DNA of 64,000 nt from Burkholderiales bacterium (GCA_035549715.1 DASZQJ010000160.1:22688-86687); one strand, 5' to 3'. Numbered from the stretch's first letter, positions 47,285 through 57,107 are shown. Notes: generated by a model not told the origin, from the sequence alone. Program-made: numbers and translations.

Positions 47285-48504
47285 CCTTCCAGGAAAATCT
47301 GCAGCAGGTCGTTGAGGAACCGTTGCCCCTTGAGCGTGGGGCGCAGGCGCCTGTGGTCACGCTCCACCAGCCCGCGAGACTCCGCCTCGGCCAGTTCGTT
47401 CTTCACCGCGTGCAGCGGCAGGCTGGTGCGGGCTTCGAACAGGTCGAGGTCGACCCCGCCGGTGAGGCGCAGCGCGTTCATCATGAACTCGAAGGGCAGC
47501 GCGCCCACGTCCACGGCCTGCTCCTGCTGCAGGCTGTTGCCCGACGCCGCTTTCTCCAGGTACTCGCGCGGGTGCTTCCAGCGCATCTGCCGCACGATGC
47601 GGTCCGGGAACGACAGCTTGCCGTGCGCGCCCGCGCCGATGCCCAGGTAATCCCCGAAGGTCCAGTAGTTCAGGTTGTGGCGGCACTCGCGCCCGGGCTG
47701 CGCGAAGGCCGACGTCTCGTAATGCGCGAAGCCGGCGCGCGCGAGTCGGGCCTCGATCGCCTCCTGCATGTCCGCGGAGGTGTCGTCGTCCGGCACGACG
47801 GGCGGATGGCGGTGGAACAAGGTATTGGGCTCGATCGTGAGGTGGTAGGCGGACAGGTGCGTCGGCGCGAATGCCAGCGCCGCCTCGATGTCGGCGAGGG
47901 CTCCTGCCTCGTCCTGGCCCGGCAGCGCGTACATCAGGTCGACGTTGAAGTTGTCGAAGGTCCTGCGCGCGATCTCCAGCGCCTTGCGCGCCTGGGCATC
48001 GTCGTGGATGCGCCCGAGGACCTTGAGGTGGGCGGGCTGGAAGCTTTGCACGCCGATCGAGAGCCGGTTGATGCCGGCGGCGCGGAAGTCCGCGAACTTG
48101 CGCGCTTCGAAGGTGCCGGGATTCGCCTCGAGGGTGATCTCCGCGTCGGCCACCAGCGTGACCCGCGCGCGGATCGCCGAGAGCAGCGCGTCGAGGGCGG
48201 CCGCGGACAGCAGCGAGGGCGTGCCGCCCCCGAAGAACACCGTGCGCACCGGCCGACCCCAGATCCCGGGCAGGGCCTCGTCCAGGTCCCGCACCAGCGC
48301 CGCGACGTAGTCCTTCTCCAGCGCCGGATCGAGCGAGGGGGCATCGCCGTGCGCCGCCACCGCCCCGCCGCGCAACTCGTGCGAGTTGAAGTCGCAATAG
48401 GGGCACTTGCGCACGCACCACGGGATGTGGACGTACAGCGACAGGGGCGGCAGCGCGGCGAACTTCACGGCGCGGACGGGCAGGGCGAGGGGCTGGACGG
48501 ACAT
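47281..48504 (-). CDS. hemW: Radical SAM heme chaperone HemW (oxygen-independent coproporphyrinogen oxidase-like)
   Basis: [21 protein letters not shown] CxxxCxxC. HemN C-domain. Confidence 0.9.
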   Translation of the reverse strand: MSVQPLALPVRAVKFAALPPLSLYVHIPWCVRKCPYCDFNSHELRGGAVAAHGDAPSLDPALEKDYVAALVRDLDEALPGIWGRPVRTVFFGGGTPSLLSAAALDALLSAIRARVTLVADAEITLEANPGTFEARKFADFRAAGINRLSIGVQSFQPAHLKVLGRIHDDAQARKALEIARRTFDNFNVDLMYALPGQDEAGALADIEAALAFAPTHLSAYHLTIEPNTLFHRHPPVVPDDDTSADMQEAIEARLARAGFAHYETSAFAQPGRECRHNLNYWTFGDYLGIGAGAHGKLSFPDRIVRQMRWKHPREYLEKAASGNSLQQEQAVDVGALPFEFMMNALRLTGGVDLDLFEARTSLPLHAVKNELAEAESRGLVERDHRRLRPTLKGQRFLNDLLQIFLEG

Positions 48505-48573
48505 GCGGGGCGGGTTGAGGTCGCTACGGGATCACTATAACCTTTCCGGCGCCCACGTCCGCCCGACCCACCG

Positions 48574-49392
48574 ATGTCCACGCCCCCGAAACCCGATGTC
48601 TCCCAGGCCCCGATCGGCGTGTTCGATTCCGGCGTCGGCGGGCTGACCCTCCTGCGCGAGATCCGCGCCGCCCTGCCCCGCGAAGACCTGGTGTACGTCG
48701 CCGACGCCGGCCACCTGCCCTACGGCGACAAGAGCCTGGACTACGTGCGCAGCCGCGCCTTCGCCGTCGTGGAATTCCTGGCCGGCCTCGGCGCCAAGGC
48801 CATCGTCGTGGCCTGCAACACCGCCACCGCAGCCGCCATCGACCCGCTGCGCGAACGCTTCGCGATCCCCTTCATCGGCGTCGAACCGGCCGTCAAGCCC
48901 GCCGCGGCCGCCAGCCGCAGCGGCATCATCGGCGTGCTGGCGACCGCCGCCACGCTCAGGAGCTCGCGCTACGCGTCGCTGGTCGCCCGCTTCGCCCAGG
49001 GCCGCCAGGTGCTGGAGCAGCCTTGCGCCGGGCTGGCCGACCACATCGAGCAGGGCAGGCTGGACGACGCCGCCACGGAAGACCTCGTCCGCGGCTTCGT
49101 GCAGCCGCTGCTCGACGCCGGCGCCGACACCATCGTGCTGGGCTGCACCCACTACCCCCTGATCGCGCACATCGTGCGCCGCCTTGCCGGGCCGGGGGTG
49201 GAAGTCGTCGAAAACGGCACCGCGGTGGCGCGCGAGCTCTCGCGCCAGCTCGTCGCCAACGCCAGCCTGCGCAGCGAGGGCGCCGGCACCGAGACGTTCT
49301 GGACAAGCGGCGACACGGGGGACTTCGCGGCCGTCATCGGCCGCCTGTGGAAACCGGCGCAAGTCCGGCGATTGCCGCCGGACGGGCGCTAG
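48574..49392 (+). CDS. murI: Glutamate racemase
   Basis: IGVFDSGVGGLTLL, VVACNTA, LGCTHYP. Confidence 0.95.
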   Translation: MSTPPKPDVSQAPIGVFDSGVGGLTLLREIRAALPREDLVYVADAGHLPYGDKSLDYVRSRAFAVVEFLAGLGAKAIVVACNTATAAAIDPLRERFAIPFIGVEPAVKPAAAASRSGIIGVLATAATLRSSRYASLVARFAQGRQVLEQPCAGLADHIEQGRLDDAATEDLVRGFVQPLLDAGADTIVLGCTHYPLIAHIVRRLAGPGVEVVENGTAVARELSRQLVANASLRSEGAGTETFWTSGDTGDFAAVIGRLWKPAQVRRLPPDGR

Positions 49393-49682
49393 CGCAACGC
49401 GCGGGCGATGCGCACCAGCCGCAGCGCGATGGGCAGCAGCAGGCCGCTGCGATAGACCAAGCGAAGCAGCCGGCGCGGACCGACGACCATGAGCGCGGCC
49501 GCCGCGACGCCGGCCGCCAGGGGCCGGGAGCGCAGGGCGTTGCCGCCGCGCCGGAGCAGGTCCACCCAGTCGAGGCTGCGGCGCAGCGAGACCGCCTGCG
49601 CGGCCAGATCGCCGCGCTGCTCCGCCGCCAGGGCAACCAGCTGCCGGCGGCGAAGGGCGATCTCCCGCAGCCGGTCGTTCAT
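49389..49682 (-). CDS. YqjK-like protein
   Basis: From ATG 49682 of ORF 49389..49919(-): MNDRLREIALRRRQLVALAAEQRGDLAAQ... Last gene of an elaB/yqjE/yqjK-like trio, with 4-nt overlaps. Confidence 0.6.
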   Translation of the reverse strand: MNDRLREIALRRRQLVALAAEQRGDLAAQAVSLRRSLDWVDLLRRGGNALRSRPLAAGVAAAALMVVGPRRLLRLVYRSGLLLPIALRLVRIARALR

Positions 49683-50074
49683 TCGCCTCCCAGCTTTTGC
49701 CGGTCCCTGGCCAGCTCTTCCAGGGTGGCCTGGAACAGGCGCGGCCGCTGCTTGAGCTGGTTCACGACGTGGAGGATCGAACCGCCGGCCAGCAGCGCCA
49801 TGCCGCCCGCGAGGCCGAAGGCGGCCAGCACGCGGTGCTCGTCCCAGAACAGGACGATGATCGCCACCGCGGCCAGCACCACGGCCGTGAAGACCAGGAA
49901 AAGCGCGACGATGCTCCACACCAGCAGGATCGCCAGGCGCGCCACCTGTTCCTCGAGCTCGGTGCCCAGCAGCTCGAGGCGGGTGTGCGCCAGCGCGGTG
50001 ATCGTCGCGAGCAGGTCCTTCAGGGAATCGAACAGGCCGCGTGAACGCGCGCCGTCCGCCTCTTGCCCGCTCAT
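49679..50074 (-). CDS. YqjE-like (phage holin family / DUF1469) membrane protein
   Basis: 131 aa. LELLGTELEEQ followed by two TM helices. Confidence 0.65.
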   Translation of the reverse strand: MSGQEADGARSRGLFDSLKDLLATITALAHTRLELLGTELEEQVARLAILLVWSIVALFLVFTAVVLAAVAIIVLFWDEHRVLAAFGLAGGMALLAGGSILHVVNQLKQRPRLFQATLEELARDRQKLGGE

Positions 50075-50075
50075 G

Positions 50076-50387
50076 TCACTTGCGGGCGAGCAGCACGCCC
50101 ACGACGAGGCCCACGCCCGCCGCGATGCCGATGGCGGTCCAGGGATTGTCGTGCACGTAATCGTCGGCGGACTTCACGGCTTCGCGGGAGCGCTCCATCG
50201 CCTCCTCGCCCAGGTCGCCGAGGGCCTCCCTGGCCATGCGGATGGAATCCTCCGCGCGGGCGCGCGCCTGCGCCACCTTCTCCCCGGCCTGGCCCGCGGT
50301 CGCCTTGAGCAGCTCCTCGGCGTCCAGCATCACCATGCGCAGGTCCTTCATGAGCTTCTCGGTCGATGCCTGCCTTGCCATTGTCAT
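50076..50387 (-). CDS. ElaB/YqjD/DUF883 family membrane-anchored ribosome-associated protein
   Basis: 103 aa. C-terminus DDYVHDNPWTAIGIAAGVGLVVGVLLARK is the family hallmark. Confidence 0.8.
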   Translation of the reverse strand: MTMARQASTEKLMKDLRMVMLDAEELLKATAGQAGEKVAQARARAEDSIRMAREALGDLGEEAMERSREAVKSADDYVHDNPWTAIGIAAGVGLVVGVLLARK

Positions 50388-50494
50388 CCTCCTTGGTGGT
50401 ATCGGGCGGGTTGCCCATGCCGGGACTGCCGGCGTGCCGACCCGCCTCCTTCAGAGCGCGCCGGGACCTTTTAGTTTCCCGATCCGGCGCCCCG

Positions 50495-51088
50495 TCATGC
50501 CTGCCGCCCGAGCTGCCGCGCCAGTTCCGCCAGCGCGCGGCCGCGATGGCTGATGCGGTTCTTGTGCTCCGGGTCCAGCTCCGCCCCGGTTCTGCCCAGC
50601 GCCGGGTCGAGGAACAGCGGGTCGTAGCCGAAACCGCCCGCCCCGCGCGGCGCCCGCAGGATCTCCCCATGCCATTCGGCCTGCGCGATCATCGGCTGGG
50701 GGTCCGCGGCGTGGCGCATCAGGACCATGACGCAGTAATAGTGTGCGCGCCGATCGGCCTGCGGCGCCAGCAGTTCGAGCAGCCGGTCGTTGTTGCGCTG
50801 GTCGGACCTGGGCTCGCCCGCGAAGCGGGCCGAATGCACCCCGGGGGCGCCGCCCAGGGCCGCGACGCAGATCCCCGAGTCGTCCGCCAGCGCCGGCAGG
50901 CCGGTGTGCCGCGCCGCATGGCGCGCCTTCGCGAGCGCGTTCTCGACGAAGGTCTCGAACGGTTCCTCCGCCTCCGGCACCTGGAACCGCGACTGCGGCA
51001 CCACCTCGATGCGCAGCGGCGCCAGGATCTGCCCGATCTCGCGCAGCTTGCCGGCGTTGTTGCTTGCTATGACGAGTTTCTCGATCAT
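50495..51088 (-). CDS. rdgB: dITP/XTP pyrophosphatase (RdgB/HAM1)
   Basis: From ATG 51088 of ORF 50495..51178(-): LVIASNNAGKLREI, ADDSGICV, GFGYDPLF, KNRISHRG. Confidence 0.9.
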   Translation of the reverse strand: MIEKLVIASNNAGKLREIGQILAPLRIEVVPQSRFQVPEAEEPFETFVENALAKARHAARHTGLPALADDSGICVAALGGAPGVHSARFAGEPRSDQRNNDRLLELLAPQADRRAHYYCVMVLMRHAADPQPMIAQAEWHGEILRAPRGAGGFGYDPLFLDPALGRTGAELDPEHKNRISHRGRALAELARQLGRQA

Positions 51089-51096
51089 CTGCATCC

Positions 51097-51256
51097 AACC
51101 GCAAAGGCGCAAGGAAATGCACGAAGGATCGTCGCGCCCGGAGGCAGTGGACGTCCGCTGGCCGACGACTTGCCGCAACCACCACGGTGCAAAGCGCCGT
51201 ATTGCCCGGCCTCGTTTTCCTTTGCGTTACCTTCGCGTCTTTGCGCCTTTGCGGTT
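51097..51256. repeat. Inverted arrays of CTTTGCG(N) short tandem units between rph and rdgB, locus E
   Basis: aaccgcaaaggcgcaagg (51097-51114) versus reverse complement of ctttgcgcctttgcggtt (51239-51256): 17 of 18 identical. The right side carries further copies (cctttgcgttaccttcgcgtctttgcgcctttgcgg). 124-nt centre. Confidence 0.8.
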
Positions 51257-51261
51257 CATGT

Positions 51262-51978
51262 TCAGCCCGCCAGCGCAGCGTTCTGCGCCGCGACGAGCTG
51301 CCGGATGCCGTCCCCGGCCAGGTCGATCAGCGCGTCGAGTTCCCCGCGCGAGAACGGCTCGCCTTCGGCCGTGCCCTGCACTTCCACGATGCCGCCGCCG
51401 CCCGTCATGACGACGTTCATGTCGGTGTCGCAGGCCGAATCCTCGGCATAGTCGAGGTCCAGCACCGGGACCCCGCGGTAGATGCCCACGGACACGGCGG
51501 CGACCGCATCGCGCAGCGGCGAGGCCTGCAGCAACCCCGCCCCGAGCAGACGGGTCACCGCGTCGTGCACCGCGACGTAGGCGCCGGTGATGCTGGCGGT
51601 GCGCGTGCCGCCGTCGGCCTGGATCACGTCGCAGTCGATCTGGATCGTGCGTTCGCCGAGCTTGTCGAGCGCGGTGACGGCGCGCAGGCTGCGCCCGATG
51701 AGGCGCTGGATCTCCTGGGTGCGGCCCGATTGCTTGCCGCGCGCGGCCTCGCGGTCGCTGCGCGTGTTGGTGGCGCGCGGCAGCATGCCGTACTCGGCGG
51801 TGAGCCAGCCCTGGCCCCTGCCCTTCAGGAAGGGCGGCACCTTCTCCTCGATGCTCGCGGTGCAGATCACGCGCGTGTCGCCGAACTCGACGAGCACGGA
51901 GCCCTCGGCGTGGCGCGTGTAGCCGCGCGTGATCGTGACTTTCCTCAGCTGGCCGGGCTCACGTCCGCTCGGGCGCAT
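51262..51978 (-). CDS. rph: Ribonuclease PH
   Basis: [42 protein letters not shown]... Confidence 0.97.
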   Translation of the reverse strand: MRPSGREPGQLRKVTITRGYTRHAEGSVLVEFGDTRVICTASIEEKVPPFLKGRGQGWLTAEYGMLPRATNTRSDREAARGKQSGRTQEIQRLIGRSLRAVTALDKLGERTIQIDCDVIQADGGTRTASITGAYVAVHDAVTRLLGAGLLQASPLRDAVAAVSVGIYRGVPVLDLDYAEDSACDTDMNVVMTGGGGIVEVQGTAEGEPFSRGELDALIDLAGDGIRQLVAAQNAALAG

Positions 51979-52121
51979 GTCGCGGTTTCCTCATGACGGG
52001 GGGATGATCCTGCACGCCGGTCGGCGCCGCCTTCGCGGCAATCGGCGCGGGTTTATGTGCTATCTTCCGGGGACGCCAATTTTGGTGAACTCCCCCTGCC
52101 TTGTAAAGCGTCCCCGCCCCG

Positions 52122-52988
52122 ATGATCTACAGCATGACCGGCTACGCCGTCGCCGCGGCCGAGCTGCCCTTCGGATCGCTCAACCTCGAGCTGCGCTCGG
52201 TCAACCACCGCTACCTGGACATCCAGTTCCGCATCCCCGACGAGCTGCGCGCGCTCGAGTCCGGCATGCGGGAGATGGCCACGGCGCGCATCAGCCGCGG
52301 CAAGGTGGAGGTGCGCATGGCGGTCGCCAAGGCGCCGGCCTCGCCTTCCAGCCTGCAGCTCGACGGCACCCTGCTCGTGCAGCTGCGCAAGCTCGACGAG
52401 GGCGTGCGCGCGGCCATGCCGCAGAGCGCGCCGCTGTCGGTGGCGGACGTGCTGCGCTGGCCGGGCATGCTCGGCAACGACGACCTCGAGGCCGGCAAGC
52501 TGCAGGAGGCGTGCAACGGCCTGTTCACGCGGGCGCTCGACGACCTGACCGCCATGCGCGCCCGCGAAGGCGCCAAGTTGAAGCAGATCCTGCTCGAGCG
52601 CATCGATTCCATGGAGGCGCTGGTCAGGCGCGTCGCCCCGCGCATGCCGCAGCTGGTGGCCTCGTACAAGGAAAAGCTCTCCACGCGGCTCAAGGATGCG
52701 ATGGTCAACATGGACGACGACCGGCTCAAGCAGGAGCTGGTGCTGTTCGCCTCCAAGATCGACGTCGACGAGGAGCTGTCGCGCCTCACCACCCACTTCG
52801 GCGAGATCCGCCGCATCCTCGACAAGGGCGGCGCGGTGGGCAAGCGCCTCGACTTCCTGATGCAGGAGCTCAACCGGGAGGCCAACACGCTGGGCTCGAA
52901 ATCGGTGGACGTGGAAGTCACGCAGACCTCGATGGACCTCAAGGTGCTCATCGAGCAGATGCGCGAGCAGATCCAGAATATCGAATAG
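52122..52988 (+). CDS. yicC: YicC family stress-induced protein (endoribonuclease YicC-like)
   Basis: MIYSMTGYA...LELRSVNHRYLD...C-terminus EVTQTSMDLKVLIEQMREQIQNIE. Confidence 0.9.
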   Translation: MIYSMTGYAVAAAELPFGSLNLELRSVNHRYLDIQFRIPDELRALESGMREMATARISRGKVEVRMAVAKAPASPSSLQLDGTLLVQLRKLDEGVRAAMPQSAPLSVADVLRWPGMLGNDDLEAGKLQEACNGLFTRALDDLTAMRAREGAKLKQILLERIDSMEALVRRVAPRMPQLVASYKEKLSTRLKDAMVNMDDDRLKQELVLFASKIDVDEELSRLTTHFGEIRRILDKGGAVGKRLDFLMQELNREANTLGSKSVDVEVTQTSMDLKVLIEQMREQIQNIE

Positions 52989-53110
52989 CCGTGAGGCGAC
53001 AGGCGTGAGGCGAGAGGCGTGACGAGCAATATCCCCGCAGGCGCGCCGCGCCTGGCGCCAGGCCGGGTTGCATTTCTTCGCCTCACGCCTCACGCCTCAC
53101 GCCTCACGCC
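52989..53110. repeat. Inverted arrays of GCGTGAG/CGCCTCA heptamer tandem repeats between yicC and gmk, locus C
   Basis: Left ccgtgag gcgacag gcgtgag gcgagag gcgtgac (52989-53024). Right cgcctca x4 + cgcc (53079-53110). About 26-27 of 30-31 aligned positions are complementary. 54-nt GC-rich centre. Confidence 0.85.
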
Positions 53111-53119
53111 TGGATTGCC

Positions 53120-53728
53120 ATGACCGGCAACCTGTTCATCATTTGCGCCCCCTCGGGGGCGGGCAAGACCTCCCTGGTGCGCGCCCTGCTGGAGCGCGAG
53201 CCCGGCGTGCGGCTGTCGATCTCCCACACCACCCGCGCCAGGCGCCCGGGGGAGGAGGACGGCCGGCATTACCACTTCATCACCCGCCCGCAGTTCGAGC
53301 AGATGATCGAGCGCGGCGAGTTCCTGGAGTGCGCGCAGGTGCACGGCAACATGTACGGCACCTCCCAGGGCTGGATCCGCGAGCAGCGGGGCCGGGGCTC
53401 GGACATCGTGCTGGAGATCGACTGGCAGGGGGCCCAGCAGGTGCGGCGCCTGATCCCGGACGCGGTCGGGATCTTCATCCTGCCGCCCTCGCCCGCCACC
53501 CTGCGCCAGCGCCTCACGGACCGGCGCCAGGACAGCCCCGAGGTCATCGAGCGCCGCCTGCAGGCGGCGCGGGGGGAGATCGCCCATGTCGATGAATTCG
53601 ACTATGTTATTATCAACGGGGAGTTTTCCGATGCGGTGGAGGACCTGGTCGCAATCGTGCGCAGCGCGCGATTGCGGCTCGACCGGCAGGTCGAGCGCCA
53701 CCGCGAATTGATCAACAGCCTGAAGTAG
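53120..53728 (+). CDS. gmk: Guanylate kinase
   Basis: LFIICAPSGAGKTSLVRALL, ISHTTRARRPGEEDGRHYHF. Confidence 0.97.
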   Translation: MTGNLFIICAPSGAGKTSLVRALLEREPGVRLSISHTTRARRPGEEDGRHYHFITRPQFEQMIERGEFLECAQVHGNMYGTSQGWIREQRGRGSDIVLEIDWQGAQQVRRLIPDAVGIFILPPSPATLRQRLTDRRQDSPEVIERRLQAARGEIAHVDEFDYVIINGEFSDAVEDLVAIVRSARLRLDRQVERHRELINSLK

Positions 53729-53749
53729 ACGAGCCGACGTAAAACGATC

Positions 53750-53953
53750 ATGGCGCGCATCACCGTTGACGACTGCCTGAAGCACATCCCGAACCGTTTC
53801 GAGCTGACGCTCGCCGCGACCTACCGCGCGCGCCAGCTCGCCACCGGCGGCTCGCCGCTGGTGGACACGAACAAGGACAAGCCCACCGTCATCGCCCTGC
53901 GGGAGATCGCCTTGCAGAAGGTCGGCGTCGAGATCCTCAAGACCCGCACCTAG
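53750..53953 (+). CDS. rpoZ: RNA polymerase omega subunit
   Basis: [30 protein letters not shown]. Confidence 0.97.
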   Translation: MARITVDDCLKHIPNRFELTLAATYRARQLATGGSPLVDTNKDKPTVIALREIALQKVGVEILKTRT

Positions 53954-54031
53954 GTCGCGGGATCGGGGCGCCGCGCGCGCCCGCCGCTTCAGGAGCCGCC
54001 CACGCACCGGCCGCCCTCGCGAGGGGCCGCC

Positions 54032-56173
54032 ATGGATACCTCCCCGCCGACAATGTCCGAGGCCGAGCTTCTGTTCAAGGATGCAGCCGGCTACCTCAAG
54101 CCGGAGGACGTCGTACAGCTCCAGTCGGCCTACCAGTTCAGCGAGACCGCCCACCACGGGCAATTCCGCAAGTCCGGCGACCCGTACATCTCCCACCCGA
54201 TCGCGGTCGCCAAGATCCTCACCCAGTGGCACCTCGACAGCCAGGCGCTGACGGCGGCGCTGCTGCACGACGTGATGGAGGACACGGCGGTCACCAAGGC
54301 CGAGATCAGCGACCGGTTCGGCAAGCCCGTCGCCGACCTGGTCGACGGCCTGTCCAAGCTCGACCGCATCGAGTTCCAGACCCAGGAGCAGGCCCAGGCG
54401 GAGAACTTCCGCAAGATGCTGCTGGCGATGGCCCGCGACGTGCGCGTCATCCTGATCAAGCTCGCCGACCGCCTGCACAACATGCGCACCCTGCAGGTGA
54501 TGCACCCGAAGAAGCGCGCCCGCATCGCCCGCGAGACCCTGGAGATCTACGCGCCCATCGCGCACCGCCTGGGGCTCAACCAGCTCTACACCGAGCTGCA
54601 GGAGCTGTCGTTCCGGCACCTGTACCCGAACCGCTACCACGTGCTGTCCAAGGCGCTCATGCGCGCCCGCGGCAATCGGCGCGAGGTGGTGGACAAGATC
54701 CTGGAGTCGATCAAGGAGAAGCTCGCCGACAGCCACATCGAGGCGACGGTGCACGGGCGCGAGAAGAACCTCTACAGCATCTACAAGAAGATGCTGGAGA
54801 AGAACCTGTCGTTCGCCGAGGTGTTCGACATCTACGGCTTCCGGGTGGTGGTGCGCGACACGCCCGCCTGCTACCTCGCCCTGGGGGCGCTGCACCAGCT
54901 CTACAAGCCGATCCCGGGCAAGTTCAAGGACTACATCGCCATCCCCAAGGCCAACGGCTACCAGTCCCTGCACACCACGCTGTTCGGCCCCTTCGGCACC
55001 CCGATCGAGGTGCAGATCCGCACCATGGAAATGCACAAGATCGCGGAGGCCGGCGTGGCCTCGCACTGGCTGTACAAGGAGAACGACGCCCAGATCAACG
55101 ACCTGCACCGCAAGACCCACCAGTGGCTGCAGAGCCTGCTGGAGATGCAGTCGGAGTCGGGCGACTCGATCGAGTTCCTCGAGCACCTCAAGGTGGACCT
55201 GTTCCCCGACGAGGTCTACGTGTTCACGCCCAAGGGCAGGATCATGGCGCTGCCGCACGGGGCGACCTGCGTGGACTTCGCGTACGCGGTGCACACCGAC
55301 ATCGGCAACCGCTGCGTGGCGGCCAAGATCAACCACGAGCTCGTGCCCCTGCGCTCGGAGCTCAAGAACGGCGACCGGGTCGAGATCATCACCGCGGTGC
55401 ATGCCAAGCCCAACCCGGCCTGGCTCAACTACGTGACCACCGGCAAGGCCCGCTCGCACATCCGCCATTTCCTCAAGACCATGCAGTACGAGGAATCGGC
55501 GCAGCTGGGCAAGAACCTGCTCAACCAGGCGCTGGTGGCGCTCAAGTCCCCCGGCGCCGACAAGCTCACCGACGTGCAGTGGGAGCGCCTGCTCAAGGAA
55601 AACAGCGCCAAGTCGCGCCAGGAGGTGCTCGCCGACATCGGCCTGGGCAAGCAGCTCGCCATCGTCATCGCGCGCCAGCTGCTCTCCATCGCCGAGCCCA
55701 AGGGTGCGAGGCCGGAAAAGATTCCCGGCAGCCTCATCATCCGCGGCTCCGAAGGCATGGCGCTGCAGTTCGCCAAGTGCTGCCACCCGATCCCCGGCGA
55801 CCCCATCATCGGCTTCCTGAAGAAGGGGCACGGCCTGGTCATCCACACCCACGATTGCCCGGTCGCGCGCAAGACGCGCGGCGATCCCGAAAAGTGGCTC
55901 GACGTGGAATGGGCGCCGGACACCAAGAAGCTGTTCACGGTGAACATCAAGATCGTGGCTTCGAACCAGCGCGGCGTGCTGGCCAAGATCGCCGCGTCGA
56001 TCGCGGAGACCGACTCCAACATCGACAACGTGAGCCAGGAGCCCGGCGACTCCAGCGCCTACGTCGAGATCCACTTCACGCTGCAGGTCACCAACCGGCT
56101 GCACCTCGCGCAGATCATGCGCGGCCTGCGGCGCGTGCCCGAGGTGCTCCGGATCTGGCGCATGAAAGGTTGA
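54032..56173 (+). CDS. spoT: Bifunctional (p)ppGpp synthetase/hydrolase (SpoT/RelA homolog)
   Basis: HD domain HHGQFRKSGDPYISHP, synthetase YQSLHTTLFGPFGTPIEVQIRT, TGS and ACT regions. Position gmk-rpoZ-spoT. Confidence 0.95.
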   Translation: MDTSPPTMSEAELLFKDAAGYLKPEDVVQLQSAYQFSETAHHGQFRKSGDPYISHPIAVAKILTQWHLDSQALTAALLHDVMEDTAVTKAEISDRFGKPVADLVDGLSKLDRIEFQTQEQAQAENFRKMLLAMARDVRVILIKLADRLHNMRTLQVMHPKKRARIARETLEIYAPIAHRLGLNQLYTELQELSFRHLYPNRYHVLSKALMRARGNRREVVDKILESIKEKLADSHIEATVHGREKNLYSIYKKMLEKNLSFAEVFDIYGFRVVVRDTPACYLALGALHQLYKPIPGKFKDYIAIPKANGYQSLHTTLFGPFGTPIEVQIRTMEMHKIAEAGVASHWLYKENDAQINDLHRKTHQWLQSLLEMQSESGDSIEFLEHLKVDLFPDEVYVFTPKGRIMALPHGATCVDFAYAVHTDIGNRCVAAKINHELVPLRSELKNGDRVEIITAVHAKPNPAWLNYVTTGKARSHIRHFLKTMQYEESAQLGKNLLNQALVALKSPGADKLTDVQWERLLKENSAKSRQEVLADIGLGKQLAIVIARQLLSIAEPKGARPEKIPGSLIIRGSEGMALQFAKCCHPIPGDPIIGFLKKGHGLVIHTHDCPVARKTRGDPEKWLDVEWAPDTKKLFTVNIKIVASNQRGVLAKIAASIAETDSNIDNVSQEPGDSSAYVEIHFTLQVTNRLHLAQIMRGLRRVPEVLRIWRMKG

Positions 56174-56204
56174 CGCGCCGGGCCGCTTCGCCTAAGCTCT
56201 TGTT

Positions 56205-56320
56205 TCCCAAAAGGGGAGTAGCTTTACAGCGGTGGCCGTCAAGACGGGTGAGCAACCCCGGTGCCGCTGGCAGCGCAAGCTGTCGCGAGACCTTTACCGG
56301 CCGGTAAAGGTTTTTTTTCG
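56205..56320 (+). ncRNA. yybP-ykoY (manganese) riboswitch with intrinsic terminator expression platform
   Basis: Conserved AAAGGGGAGTAGC (56209-56221) and GAGACCTTT (56287-56295). Terminator CCTTTACCGG/CCGGTAAAGG + T8 (56291-56318) shares its 5' arm with the 3' strand of P1. Upstream of a TerC-family gene. Confidence 0.8.
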
Positions 56321-56365
56321 CCCCGACTTTACGCCGGTCTCCATCCAGGGGGCGCAGGCGATTCC

Positions 56366-57082
56366 ATGGAACTGTTTTCTCCGCAATTCTTCTCGTCGCT
56401 GCTCGCGATCGTCGTCATCGACCTCGTCCTCGCAGGCGACAACGCCATCGTGATCGCGCTCGCCGCGCGCAGCCTGCCGCCGGACCTGCGCAGGAAGGCC
56501 GTGCTGTGGGGCACGGTCGGCGCCCTCGCCGTGCGCTCGGCGATGACGCTCATCGTCGTCTGGCTGCTGATGATCCCGGGACTGCGCTTCCTGGGGGGCC
56601 TCGCGCTGGTGTGGATCGCGTGGAAGCTGCTCGCCCCGAAGGACGGGGACGACGGCGTGCACGCCAGGCCGGCGGACAACTTCTGGGCGGCCATGAAGAC
56701 CATCGTGATCGCCGATGCGCTCATGGGCCTGGACAACGTGCTCGCGGTCGCGGGCGCCGCGCAGGGCAGCTTCGTGCTGGTGGTGCTGGGCCTGCTCATC
56801 AGCGTGCCCATCGTGGTGTGGGGCAGCACGCTGATCCTCAAGTGGGTGGACCGCTTCCCGGCGATCGTCTACATCGGCGCCGGGGTGCTGGCGTGGACCG
56901 CCGCGCAGATGATGCTGCACGAGCCCCTGCTCGAGACCTGGGCGCCCTGGGCACTCACCCTCGAAGCGAAGGCGGCGGTGTACTTCGTCGTGATCGTCGG
57001 CGTGCTGGCGTCGGGCTACCTCGCGGAGCGGCGCCGCAAGTCCGCGGCCGTCGCGGGCGGGACGCGACCGGGCGGCCTATAA
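56366..57082 (+). CDS. TerC/YjbE family integral membrane protein (putative Mn/metal exporter)
   Basis: From ATG 56366 of ORF 56261..57082: MELFSPQFFSSLLAIVVIDLVLAGDNAIVIALAA...DALMGLDNVLAVAG (two DN motifs). Confidence 0.85.
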   Translation: MELFSPQFFSSLLAIVVIDLVLAGDNAIVIALAARSLPPDLRRKAVLWGTVGALAVRSAMTLIVVWLLMIPGLRFLGGLALVWIAWKLLAPKDGDDGVHARPADNFWAAMKTIVIADALMGLDNVLAVAGAAQGSFVLVVLGLLISVPIVVWGSTLILKWVDRFPAIVYIGAGVLAWTAAQMMLHEPLLETWAPWALTLEAKAAVYFVVIVGVLASGYLAERRRKSAAVAGGTRPGGL

Positions 57083-57107
57083 TCAACGCATGGTCTCCGC
57101 CTGCGCA

